A stretch of DNA of 64,000 bases from Novakomyces olei (Eukaryota), in contig JADEYG010000007.1 of NCBI GenBank assembly GCA_016906335.1, positions 1,798,001 to 1,862,000 on the forward strand, read 5' to 3'. The notes below the pieces were generated by a model. That model ran no database searches, was not told the DNA's origin, and was given only the letters and a program-made list of their open reading frames with translations. The position numbers and the translations under genes are program-made. Positions 1-12,492 of this stretch are shown in pieces. Each line of letters starts with the position of its first letter. Position 1 is the stretch's first letter.

Positions 1-1166
1 GAGATTTGCTCTCAAGATCAAAGATCTTGATTCCAGAGGCAGTAGCAGCGCACAGCCAGTAGCGGTTGGGAGAGAAAACGAGAGAGTGCACAACGTCCTT
101 GGCGTCGAGGGAGTAAAGGTGACGAGATTCACCCAAATCCCACAGCATAACAGAACCGTCCTTGCCGCAGGTAGCGCAAAGTGAACCATCAGGAGAAATG
201 GCAACAAAAGAAATGTAGCCAGTATGACCATAAAAGTTGCTCTGCAGCTTGAACTCAAAAGTATCCCAGACCTTTACAGTTAGTATATGTTTTTCACACT
301 AAGTTAAAAGCTTTATTTTCTTTATTTATGCTCTGTAGCACTGCTGCACTTTTAAGTATTGTAATTGCTTTGCTTTCGCCCATCTGATCCCTTGATCACA
401 ATTACTGTCACCAACAAAACAGCCGCCAACATAGACTAGCCTGGCAGTTTTTGACATTTTTTTCCCTGACCTTGGAACCATGTATCAGATATTCCTGTGG
501 ATCTGTTTGTCTCACTGACAAATGTCTCTGAAGTAGCAAATATTGAATGTGCATCATCTCGGCATCAAGCTAAAGCAACCACATATCTAAAGATTGCATA
601 AATAATACAGTTGTCCAGTACAGGCACAGAGCATTGAGAAATCAACTTACCTTTACAATACGGTCCCAGCCAGAAGAGACAACGACTGGAATCTTGGCCG
701 AAGGTGACCAACGTACGCAAGAAACCCACTCGGTATGGCCTTCAACGACTTGCAGACATTCACCTACAGTGTTCCAGCGACGGATAGTACGGTCGCGGGA
801 TCCAGAAATGACTTGACGGTTGTCTTGAGACATGGAAACGGACAACACATCGTTAGTATGTCCAACAAAGCGGGTCCGAGTCTTGCCGGTGCCCAATTCC
901 CACAATCGCAGAGTCTTGTCCCAAGAAGAAGACAGAGCAAATTGACCATCTTGAGAGAGAGTGCAGTCAGACACGAAATGGTTGTGCCCGGTAAGACGGC
1001 GCCGTGCTACACCAAACGAGGTATCATCCCGAGTAAGGTCCCATACGACCAGAGTCTTGTCACGCGATCCCGATAACAAAATGTTAGGGTTAGCAGCAGA
1101 GGTAGCGAGGGTAGTGACCCAATTGCTGTGGCCTTCCAGCGTTGCGCGCAGTGCAATTGTCTCCAT
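1..1166 (-). CDS. cpc2: RACK1/Asc1/Cpc2 WD40 ribosome-associated protein, 3' end outside window; exon 1 1166-651, intron 650-272, exon 2 from 271
   Basis: [41 protein letters not shown]. Intron GTAAGT...ACTAAC...AAG, exon 2 continues [19 protein letters not shown]. Confidence 0.96.
482..561 (-). ncRNA. Intronic box C/D snoRNA, U24/snR24-like
   Basis: Minus strand reads ATGATG (box C-like), ATATTTGCTACT-T-CAGA (guide plus D'), GTGAGA (C'), CTGA (D). The guide is antisense to LSU rRNA AGTAGCAAATAT, and U24 is known to sit in the yeast ASC1 intron. Confidence 0.85.
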
Positions 1167-1254
1167 GTTTGTGTGGTGTTTGTAGAAAGATCAATTATCA
1201 CGTGGTACAAAGTATAAACAGGTTTGTTGTGGGTGCCCTGTTGATACAAAAACG

Positions 1255-1277
1255 CAGTCACAACAGTAACCCTAACA
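1255..1277 (-). promoter_or_regulatory. Homol D box (CAGTCACA) with adjacent AACCCTAA (Homol E/telobox-like) upstream of RACK1
   Basis: CAGTCACA at 1255-1262 and TAACCCTAAC at 1268-1277, about 90-110 bp upstream of the ATG, the same order as in fission-yeast ribosomal protein promoters. Confidence 0.65.
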
Positions 1278-1811
1278 GACCTAGTTCATTTACTATACAG
1301 CATCTGGCAGACCTCGTGTCCAAGTAATAGAATAAGCCAGCCAGGCAAGTGTAAATTAACGCAGTAGTAATGCTAATAATTGTTTTAGTATAAAAAACAA
1401 CAATATTTTGCAGAGCATATTGCACACTATATATCCTTTGCCCTGAGCATCAAATATCCAATTGAGCTTATTTAATAGACTTGTATTTTTTAATTTAAGA
1501 ACAAATTTAAACTTGACAGGAAAATTCTCTTAACTTTGGTGTGCTCAATAAATATCAATACGTGCTTGCGCTGAATCTTTTATCACCCCTTTACAACCCT
1601 TTACAGGTCTTAGTCTTGTAAAGGCATTTGCTATTATTATGGTTCTCATACCCTATAAAGTGCAAAATGTATGTTTTGACTAATTTATCGACAGATTATC
1701 TATCATCAATTACTATGTAGTATATATCGACTAATACTGATTCTTGAGCAGTGAAGTAAAATAACATTATAATTAATTTTTATACATTGCCAATAGGCAG
1801 AACGTGACAAG

Positions 1812-4800
1812 ATGGCCGGTGTCGCTTCTGGCCTGAGCGGGTTGTCAGAAAAAATAAAGGCTTCTTTAAGCACTTCAATATCACAATCAAAGCCTAAGAA
1901 AAATCAACGCGGCAATAAAACCGAAAAGCTTAATCGGTCTGAAAAAAGCGCGAACACTGATGCGAAAAAGAAGCCGGTGAATACGAAGGCCTTTCCTTCT
2001 CAAAAACAACGATCAAAACAAAAGAGAAATGAAGCGCCTCAAGCACAATCGGGAAAAAAGGAGCAGCTTAATGTTAACAAGAGAAAGCAGCATCAACGGT
2101 TCGAGCAAAATGGATCAGTTAAACTTCTGACCAAGCCGGCATCAGGCTGCCAACAAAAATCAAAACGTGAAAGTTTCCTAAAGGAAATCAATGATTTAGG
2201 TGGTAATGAAAGCGATTTAGATCTTGTAGGGTCTCAATCAGATTCTGATACCGCTCCGTCTGGTGAAGAATTTACCGATGCAGATGAGCCTGTTCCAAAT
2301 ATAAAAGTGTGTGCTCTTTAGTTTTCTCAAATCTCTATTATTTTATTTGCTAATAATCTAGGATCAAATCCGTGAGATTATGCGTGGAAAGTCAGGGGAA
2401 GGTGATACGGAAAAGGATGTCCCCACTAAAAGTCGAACCCCTGATTTAGCTCTTATTGAAAAGCCTCAGATTCCTGAGAATGGTAGCTACGATGACAATT
2501 ACAGTGAATGGCATCAACAAAAGCTGGAAGCTTTACCTTCCTCCGACGTTGACAACACTGCTGTTGCTGCAGATCTTCAACAGCGTGGAGACAGCCTCCT
2601 CGAAAAAGCTTCACGTGACTTTTTCTTCAAGAAACCTGCTTCTGAGCGAGAATTTTCACAACAGCTCTTAAAGTCTGGTACCATGAGCGATAAGCTTAGC
2701 ACTCTGACGCTTCGGGCACAGGAATCTCCCCTGCACAATATGAAAGCACTCGAGTCTATACTACAAATGACTGATCAGAAATCGAGAACAGAGTCAGTTC
2801 AGGCTGTTGTTGCTCTCAAGGATCTTTTCATCAGTGGACTTCTTCCCGACAGGAAGTTGCGGACATTTGAGCAATTGATAGATGGTGTAGAGGTTGGTGC
2901 GGCGTCAAACACTCATGTAATGTATTGGGCCTTTGAAGCATGGCTAAAGAAATTCTACTTTCGCTACCTTCATGTTATTGAAAAGCTTTCTCGCGATCCT
3001 CTATCATTTCCAAGGAACCACGCGATTACATATCTATATGAGCTGCTAAAAGCAAAGCCGGAGCAGGAGGCAAATTTGTTGAGGCTGCTGGTTGATAAAT
3101 TGGGCGACTTGGATCGGAAATTGGCGAGTAAAACGAGTCATTTGATTCTGCAATTAGAGTTGGCCCATCCAATGATGAAGTCGATTGTGACTGAACAAAT
3201 CAGAAATTCAATGCTCCGGAATCGAGAGCACAATCCTCATGTTCAATACTTTTCCATCATAACTTTAAATCAGACTATTCTAACAAAGCAACAGGAAGAA
3301 TTGGCAAATAGTTTAATACAAATGTATTTCGAGGTATTTGCAAAAATGCTTCAAGATTCGGAGAAGGACGGGAAAGAAGATGATGCAAATAAAAAGGAAG
3401 AGCCGCAAAACAAATCACGACAGAATAAGCAAAAGGCAAAACCGGGAAAGAAGAAAGGCGGCAAACCTGAACCAAAGGAAAAACATAACGAAGAGCATGC
3501 AGAGTCGTACAATGCAAAGACCTTTTCCGCTATTTTGACCGGCATTAATAGAGCTTTGCCATTTTCTAGTCTTACAAAAGAAGAATTTGAAAAGCATTTG
3601 GATATTCTTTACAAAATTGTCCGGGGTACAAATTTCAACGCGTCCATACAGGCCCTGATGCTCATACAGCAAGTTTCCTCAGGCAATAAATTTACCGATA
3701 GATTTATGCGGGCTTTGTACGAAATTTTGCTAGACTCAAGGCTGGCGCAATCGTCAAAACAGTCCCTATTTTTGAATTTGCTCTATAAATCATTGCGCAG
3801 TGACGACAACATTAAACGGGTTCGGGCCTTTGTGAAAAGGTTTATTCAATCTTTCGTGTTTCATGAACCACCATATATCTGTGGTGGCCTGTTCCTTTTG
3901 ATTGCATTAAAAAAGGATAAACCAAAAGCGTTTGCCGAAAAGATTATTAGCGATAATAACGGCAATGAAGAAGATGAGGAACGCGCTGCTATGGATCAAA
4001 GTGAGGCTTATGACGGTAAAAAACGAGATCCTCAATTTTCAGGTGCAGAAAAGAGCTCATTATGGGAATTTCTACTTTGTTGTCACCACTATCATCCAAC
4101 GGCCGCCTTATTTGCTACTGCTTTGGTGAATTCGGAGGAGCAAGAGAAAATAAACATCACAAAACCAGAATTATCTTTTTTCAATTTGAGCAGTTTTCTC
4201 GATAGATTCGTCTACAGAAACCCGAAACAAAAGCCTACGACGAAAGGCGGCTCATTAATGCAGTCTTCTGCCGCGCTTAATAGGGCAAACGAAGCTCTTG
4301 TTGTAAAAGGAGCTAATCTGCCTACAGGAATCCCCGTGACATCTACAGAGTTTTGGCAGCGTCCACAGGACCAAGTCCCCGTTGATCAAAAATTTTTTTA
4401 TCGGTTTTTCCAGGATCGAAAACAGAGCAAAAAGGCTTTTGTTTCGACAAAATCCAAAATACCTTCTACAGAGTTTGAAGAGTCTGATTCTGATACGGGC
4501 GCCGATTACAAGGATTTTCTTGGTGCTGGTGATCAGTTTTCCGGTGATGAAGAAAGCGACAGTGACGATAGCGCAAATGAGGCCGTTGGTGAATTAATGG
4601 GCAACAGTGGCGAAGAAAGTGGTGAAGATAATGACTTTGATGAAGAGGCGTTCATTAAAACTCTTTCGACAAACGCTGATGATATTGATCAGGGAGATTC
4701 TTCCGGTGACGATTTTGAAGAAGAAAGCGAACAAGACAGTGACCAACTCGCCAAAAATCCCAATCCCAGCTTTGATTCTAGCGATGAAGAGTCGAAGACA

Positions 4801-5094
4801 AATAAAATTAAAAACAAAAACAAAAAGCCTTTGGGCAAGCAGGAGCAAAATACGGAAGAGGCCGGCAATGATAGCGATCAACAGGTGGATGACGATAAAG
4901 AAGATATAGATTTTTGGCAAAGTACTGATGACGAGGCGTCGACCGAGGATTGGAGCCAGGCTAAGAATAATTCACTACAGCCACAGAAGCGAAAGGGGTC
5001 GAATGCAAAAGAATCTAGAGAGCGCAAGAAGCGATTGAAGGGTCTTCCCGTGTTTGCGGCAGCAGAAGATTATGAAGAGTACTTGCGAGAATAG
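1812..5094 (+). CDS. MAK21: Ribosome biogenesis protein Mak21/Noc1 (CBF/CEBPZ family); intron 2307-2361
   Basis: SGTMSDKLS, LLPDRKL, KPEQEANLLRLLVDKLGD, YDGKKRDP, HYHPT, FLDRFVYRNPK, acidic tail ending LPVFAAAEDY. The GT..CTAAT..TAG intron joins two ORFs in frame. Confidence 0.93.
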
Positions 5095-5710
5095 ACTGTT
5101 ATTGTATAGTGTGCATTACAAATACGTCGTGAATTTAATGAAAGTGCATGGAATTTGACAAATCACCGTTTTGCCACTGATTATCTATGTCATTCATATT
5201 ATTGGGAAGACTCTGCCTCCAGCCGTGAGTGATAAGTATCCTTGACAAGGTGTGAAAAAGGGCGGCCAAAATCTTTGATGCAGTGATTTAAAGGCAGCGT
5301 TGTTACGCTGAAGTTGACGATCAATTTCTGGAGAATCAGGGGTTTATTATTTCTGTTTGACCCTGTATTTATTTTTTATTGAGTAATTATTAGCTGTGAT
5401 ATAGATTGGATTAAAAAGTTTTACTCTGCCCCACATTTAGCCGGATAACGTTTTCTAATTGTGATTAAAAGACGCTGTGAATGCGCAGACAGCGATATGC
5501 GATGGAAATAATTGCTATCGAGATTGCGATTAAAATTCTCAGTATGGCAGGCAATTCACTGCGTCTTATAAGTGCGAAATAGATGGGTTCCTTGCAGACA
5601 CGAGCTAATGTGCTAATCTTTATTGGCAATATTACTACAGAACAATACTTGATCCAAAGATCTAACTCTAATTTCAGAATCGCACCTCCAAAATACAAAA
5701 AGGCCTTCGT

Positions 5711-7284
5711 TCAACTCGACCCACTGTTGTCTGCACATGAGAATGCAGAAGATATTTGCCCATCAGCGTAAGCCTGATTGATTTGAACAATGACGCCATA
5801 CGTTCCTCCCACCGTCATAAACAAGCCCAAAAGCACTAGCAGTACATGAAAGGCATAGAATAATTTTCGCCAGATATTGCCCTTATAATAATCAGCATGG
5901 CTATAAAGCCATAGCCAACCGGGCAAGCTGATAGCCAAAGGAGCAAAACACAAGGATCCGACCAGGGCCAGCACGTAGTTGAAAATGGGAATTGCAGAGG
6001 CCAATACAAAAGAAATAGCGGACATTCCGACGGTACAGCTCAACCAAGTACCCCAGTGCACAACAGTATTTGCCTGTAAATGCCTTGAATTTCTTAAAAT
6101 TCGGACAAAAATGTATTTCGCAGCCACATGAACGTACAAGCATCCACTAACAATTAATCCAGGAAGTGCAATTCCATACGCAACACGTTTAACCGTAGTT
6201 CCGGCGCTGCCCAGTGAAGGTGAAGCAATCCACTGTCCGCACCAAGCATAGATAACCAGGGAAAATGTAAGGTAAGAAGCAGTTACCAAGCTCATGCTAA
6301 GATAAACTGCTTTAGGGTAATCCTTGGGTTTCCTCATTTCCGAAATCACGGGAAGGAAAGCCGAAGTGGCAGCACTAGAAACGAAAATGGTTGCTGCTGC
6401 CGTAATTCCCGTAGCGAAATCGGGATTACCGATCGCCCGATATCCGAGTTCAAAATCGCCGGTTTGTGGAGCGGCTGCAGGCCGATCACGAACTGTGACT
6501 CCGATGCTGAAAAGTTAGAACCCAAAGAATGGACAAGGAAACATAAAAGCTAAATCAAATCAAGTTCAATTTAATTCAATTTTATTTAATTAAATGCGTT
6601 AAATAGAAATACAGATATCGTTTGGCCTTCATAATTCAACACTTACACAATGATAAAAACAGCGACGTAAACGCTGCCGAACCCAACCCAAGTGAGCCAG
6701 CCGATTTGCGAAAACTTCCGTACACTCGCACAAAGAGCAATAATAATGGTGGCAATGAATGAGAACCACACGGTGCAAATAGAATGCAAAGATAAGGCAT
6801 TGAAAGCAGTAGAAACACCAATAATTCCAGAGGCGGCAACGATAACGTAGCTGACAGTGAAGAGAAATCCGACCAATTCTTTCAACAATGGGCCACCAAT
6901 TACTTGAGCCATATCGGCTATAGAATGACAAGCAGGGTAGCGATTTCGAAAATTGCCTTGAACAATAGCGCAATACGTGTTAAGCAGTGTCCAACCAATG
7001 ACATTTACTGCACCAGGAAATGCACCCAACTCATACATTAATGAAGGTATAGAGAGTACGCCAGTAGCAAAAATAACTAAAATTTGTAAGAAACTTATCG
7101 TGCATTGGATCATGTACATACTCTTCAAAAAAATAACTGCGGCTTTTATCCAGCTCACAGTACAAAAGTCTACTTGACCTTCGCCCTTCTTAAAAACTTC
7201 GAACCTGTCTTCGACCTCGGCACTTTGAACATCAGGCACTTCTTGCTCGCCATTCAAGCTGTAAAGCTCTTTGCTTTCCGCCAT
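5711..7284 (-). CDS. Neutral amino acid permease (AAAP/Mtr-like); introns 7121-7077 and 6646-6507
   Basis: Multiple TM segments, ATGVLSIP, ISEMRKPKDY, SPSLGSAG, FSCADNS; canonical splice sites. Confidence 0.88.
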
Positions 7285-7709
7285 GGTTGGTGAAGCTTCG
7301 ATAGGCACGCGACTAGTATATATACCATTCGCGTAGCTGATACGATAAGAAACTTCTCCAAGAGCCTCCGTGAGCTGCTGTCAAATACAATTACCGATGC
7401 AAAAGCATGCCTGGGAAGGTATCAGAATTGGAGAGTTGGGGTAGCTGGCATTGGGGTATGGCTCGGGGTAAGAGCTGAGTGGTGTTGGAGTATCTATATA
7501 ATAGTGTATCCAGAAGAAATAAAGTAATTGGTGCATACATGATAAGCATATTTTAATTATTACGTTTTGACTGCATACCATGCGTTGGGGTAAGGCTTAT
7601 CATGATAACGAACAACATTTACAGTAAATTGCTTTACACTTATAATTAATGGAATTATTTATTTATTTATTTATTTATTTATCTATTTTTTTTAAATGCC
7701 GAACTTAAT

Positions 7710-8799
7710 TTACTCTAGCATTGCACCAGGTGCTGCAGGCATAAGTGCGCCTGAGGGAACCGGCGTTTTCTGCTTAAATTCGGTGCACACTTGCTCCATG
7801 GTTACAAACTCCACACCCTCATGCTTTTTGAAATGCTCGATGAGCCTGATTGTTAATTAGCCATTTCAGATAATTTAACAGTTTATTTCTCCTACCTTTC
7901 ATGCATGAGTAAAACATGCGGCCTGCCAGAAACATCCGGGTGAATGGTAATGGGGAATATAAACTCGTCATACTCGCGGTAAAAATAGTCAAAGTGATCG
8001 CGCCAGATATCCTCCACGTCTCGTGCATTGACAAATCCATGGCTGTTAGGCGCTTTTTTGATGAACATCATTGGAGGCAAATCATCAATGTACCAATTTG
8101 ATGGTATTTCAACAAGGCCAGTCTGTGGTCCGTGCTCTAAAGGTTTCATCCATGTTTCTGCTTTGCTTTTGTAATCAATTTTGGTCCAACTATCACCAGT
8201 ACGTAAATAGTAAGCTTGGCAGTCCTCGTGGCTCATACTATGGTCGTACTCAATGCCGTAATCCAACAACAATTGAGCTCCTTCACGGCTTGTTTCCCAC
8301 CTGGCATTAGAAAATAGAATGAAATAAAATTACATCATTTCGCAACAATAAAAAATAGAGCCTGTTCCTACCAAGGTGCCACACTGCCCCGGGGCGGTTT
8401 GCCCACAAAGTCTGTTAACATACGATAAGTCTTGTCCAGGACATCCCTCTGCTGTTCTAGACTCATATCAGTGGGATTTTCGTGTGAGTAACCGTGGAGG
8501 CCGATTTCGTGTCCAGCATCGCGAACTGCCGCCATTTCACGAGGGAATGTTTCCAGCGAATGGCCTGGAATGAACCACGTTGCCTTGATATTGTACTTTT
8601 CAAATAGTTTCAATAGACGCTTTGTCCCGACAGTGCCCGCCCAAACACCTGTAGTACAATAATTAGTCGCGTAAACAAGCAAAATGAGCTTACCCCGGCT
8701 TATATCGTTTGTTGAATCCTCGCCGCCGTATGAGCCAAGCCAGCCCGCCACTGCATCCACATCAACTCCATAGGTAACAAGAACTCGCTTGGCCGGCAT
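7710..8799 (-). CDS. CE4 polysaccharide deacetylase-like hydrolase (HpPgdA/PuuE-like), 3 introns
   Basis: [54 protein letters not shown]; last exon [16 protein letters not shown]...MLE*. Confidence 0.9.
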
Positions 8800-9215
8800 C
8801 ACTACTCGATTTTAAATCGAATTGAAAGTTTAAAACTTAATGACTCCGTGAGTTTATAAGAACGCTGACTCTAAAGTTTATTGCTTGCCGGTAGTTTCTT
8901 CGCGCTCTCCAAAAATGTCATAAAATAGCTCACGCAGAGATAAGCTGGTGGGTGAGTGGAGGAGCATTGGGGTAAAGATATAACTAATATTGGAGAACAG
9001 ATTTTTGGGGTACTTGGAGTAAAATTTGAGTGATAAGCGCACACGACTTGGGGCTTGTCGGACACACCCGATTAAGTTGCTGTCCAATCTCGCAACTTGC
9101 GCAACGAACATTTGATGTAAATCAGAATAAATAAATTATCAGCCATCGCTTTGTTCTCCTTTGAACTTTGAAAAGTTAAAGGAATAAAGGTGAATCGCTT
9201 TGAAGGCCGGTCAGT

Positions 9216-10946
9216 ATGTCGGTCCTGTTCACAAGCATCTCGGAGTAAGCACGAAACTCGAAAAATTCAATTGTCTAACTTGAACGAACAGAAACAATCC
9301 AATTAAATCTGGCGATGCGAAGAAAGTCATAGAGCCACTCGGTCTCAATATCGATGATTCGGAATCAAATGATTTTGACACTCTATTAGCCGCTGTGCAT
9401 GATTGTGCAGATGCGGTTGCTTCACTCCCAAATTACGAGCCTGTACCAGACTTGAAGAAATACCCACGGGAGAATGTTAGACGACCTAAACAAGAAGAGC
9501 AGGTGTTTGGTCAAGCCTGGGCTCATCGGTTCTTAATTCGTGGAAATCCAGATGGGAAATTGTCTGGCAAAACGGTCAGCTTAAAAGATGTGATTTGCGT
9601 TGCTGGTGTTCCTCAATTTCTGGGCAGTGACTGCACTCCGCCCTATACTCCCAAACTTGATGCTACAGTGGTGACGCGACTATTGGAAGCTGGAGCTGAT
9701 ATTCACGGCACTTCTACTTGCGAGCATTTTTGTCATTCTACATCATCGTTTACTAGCTCCCAAGGCACAGTAGAAAACCCTCATGCAATTGGCTATTCAG
9801 CCGGTGGAAGTACCTCAGGAGGGGCTGCTTTGGTGGCTGCTGGAGTTGTGGATATTACCATTGGAGGAGATCAGGGTGGAAGTGTTCGACTACCCGCAGC
9901 AATGTGTGGATGTAAGTGATTTGTTGTTTTTACATATTTTTAAATCATGTTTGCCAATAAAAAATTTATAATGCATATGCACATTCTAACGTTCAGGCAT
10001 CGGCCTGAAACCAACTTATGGGCGTGTTCCTTTTACTGGAATCACTAGCGGCGACGCTGTTAGCGATCACACAGGCCCCTTGGCTCGATCTACGCTTGAA
10101 ATTGCCGACTGCTTGGACGTAATTAGTGGTTATGATGGAATAGACGATAGATCTGTCGCTAGTCCGGCACCTGGGTCAACGCATTTTGCAGACATGCTTA
10201 GAAAAGCTGGAACCAGACTCGATGGAATCAAAATCGGAGTGTTAGAGGAGGGTTTCACACACGATGCTGTAATGCCGACAGTAAGGCATGCAGTATTAAC
10301 AGCAGTAGAGAAGTATCGGGAACTGGGTGCAATTGTTGAGCACGTGTCCCTGCCAGATCATCTGCATGGTCCTGCGATTTGGACGATTCAAAACCGAATT
10401 GCTGGAGCACAAACACTGCTGGGCCGTAACACTGGAAGAAGAGGTCTTTATATGACAGAAGCTACACAGGCACGGCTTCCCTGGACCGATGAGGCTTTTC
10501 AAAAAGCCTTTCCTTCCACCAAGAACGTTATTATTAATGGGCTTTATCTCGAATCTCAATTTCCGGGGCTCTATGGTAAAGCTATCAATATTGGTCGGCA
10601 AGCCACGGATAAGTATGAGGCCCTTTTTGAAAAATATGATGTTTTGGTAATGCCCACAACTCCTGCTGTTGCACCGAGACACGGCAAACGAGGATTGCCG
10701 ATAGAATCACTAAAGCCTGGTATGGGACTGACCATAAACACGGCCGTTTTTGATATCACTGGTCATCCGGCCATATCAATTCCGGTAGGATTGGCACCCG
10801 CTAAAGAGGACGAGCAAGTATTGCTTCCCGTGGGTATGCAAATAGTAGGTGGTTTGTGGCAAGAAGACAAAATATTACGTGCTGGGCATGCGTGGGAGTC
10901 TTCTTTTGACTGGAAAAAGATGCATTTTCGTTCAAACACCAATTAA
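9216..10946 (+). CDS. Amidase-signature family enzyme, 2 introns (about 9245-9291 and 9912-9996)
   Basis: SLKD (catalytic Lys), GGSTSG and GGDQGGSVRLPA (Ser-cisSer-Lys triad), GLKPTYG, TGHPAISIPVG, LPVGMQIVG. Confidence 0.92.
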
Positions 10947-11224
10947 TTCTCGTAATTAATCAAATTCATTTTGTTGTGTGTCATTTGTTAAATTATTTGC
11001 TCCGAAGAGTATCTCTTAATACATTATATTGACCCTGACTCTGGCCTCAACTCTGATCATCTATAATCAAGTAGCAAGCCTGTCGACTGGATGAGCAGAC
11101 TGCCCTAACGCTTCTACATTCATCGTCATATGATAATATTAATCAATCTTGACTGCGTTCTTTAAAGGGGTTTATGCATACTATTTATGCTGAAATAGAA
11201 ATTAAAATTATTCTAGCATTATGA

Positions 11225-12117
11225 TCATACGGTGATATAGCCCCCATCTACAACCATGGCATGGCCTTGGACAAAAGATGCTTGTGTCGAGCAAAGAAAA
11301 AGTACAGCGTCAGCCACTTCGGCCGGTTTTCCCATCCTTTTCATAGGAGCAATTTCAACCGCGGGTGTTATAGCCTCACGTATCTCTTTATTTGCCATTA
11401 CCAAGGGTGTTTCGATTACTCCAGGGCAAACACAATTCACACGGATCCCATCCTTGGAATAGTCAATTGCATCAGCCCTAGTAAGGCCAATTATAGCCGA
11501 CTTTGATGCGCAATAAGCAGCTGATAATTAGAAGATTAACCAGTAACTTCGAAGCAGACTTACGAGCATTTGGCCGGCTAACAATTCCCAACTGACTAGC
11601 AATATTCACAACAGCTCCACGTTGTGGGGACCTTGCAGGATCATGGCTAGCAAGTGGTTCTTGTGCCACCATTTGTAGTAGTTCGGCTCGGGACGATAAC
11701 CAACATCCTCTATAATTAATACTATTTACACGATCAAACTCTTCCAAGCTCGTCTCTCCCGATCGAAGAGGAACGCCGAGAACTCCGGCACAGTTTACAG
11801 CGTAATCCACACGTCCAAATGTCTCTGTTACTTTTTCGATAAAGGTTGCAGCAAATGTATCTTCCGCAACATTACCAGCATGCAGTAAAAGTTTTATATT
11901 AGGGTGTTTTTCGGAAATGTCTTTTTCTGTCTGCTCAAGAGTAGCCTTGTTAATATCGGTAATCGCAATTCTTTCACATCCTGCAGCAGCAAACGCTTTA
12001 GCAACTGCAGCGCCAATGCCTAGAAATCCGTGAGTTATTCATTCGTGATTTAAAAAGTTTACCACTTCCTCCAGCCCCCGTGACTACGGCAACACCTGGA
12101 AACAAGGATGCGGCCAT
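11225..12117 (-). CDS. Short-chain dehydrogenase/reductase, 2 introns
   Basis: VAVVTGAGGSGIG (spliced), VNCAG, NIAS, YCASK, NCVCPG, VDGGY. Confidence 0.9.
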
Positions 12118-12492
12118 TGCTATCGGTCTTCTGTCAGCGGTCTTTCAAATCTTTTATGTACCCCAACAACCCCAATCTTGCGTGGGCCAGCTTTCATATA
12201 GATTACTTTTATGATATGCAATGTGCGCTTTATCTATTAGCGTATTATCCCCGACACTAGTATCCGGCTCGGTTTTTCAAGTTATGCTAAGAGCAGAAAG
12301 GTCTTAGCATGAAAAATATCTTCTAATCGTCAACAGCTTGCTCCCTTCTATGACAAGAATCCTATCACGCCGTAGTCTCCCGAACATTGAAAAGTATTAT
12401 AAATCTGATAAATGCTTATCAGGCCCAGCTTTGGAGTAATTGGGGTTATATTTGGCAATCATACAATCTTCTCCAAGACCCCGAGATAATTG

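Larger units (their letters stand above)
7436..12447. promoter_or_regulatory. Clustered TTGGRGTA sites and GATAAG sites in the three intergenic promoters of the five-gene cluster
   Basis: TTGGRGTA at 7436, 7451, 7485, 7585, 8967, 9005, 9014, 12431, reverse at 12159, with variants at 7463, 12168, 12440. GATAAG/CTTATC near 7344, 7541, 7596, 8939, 9032, 12415. Confidence 0.6.

Noticed and set aside
7077-8693. Two stop-free 45-nt in-frame introns (7077-7121 and 8649-8693)
   Set aside because: Canonical splice signals and typical short length; no evidence for regulated retention
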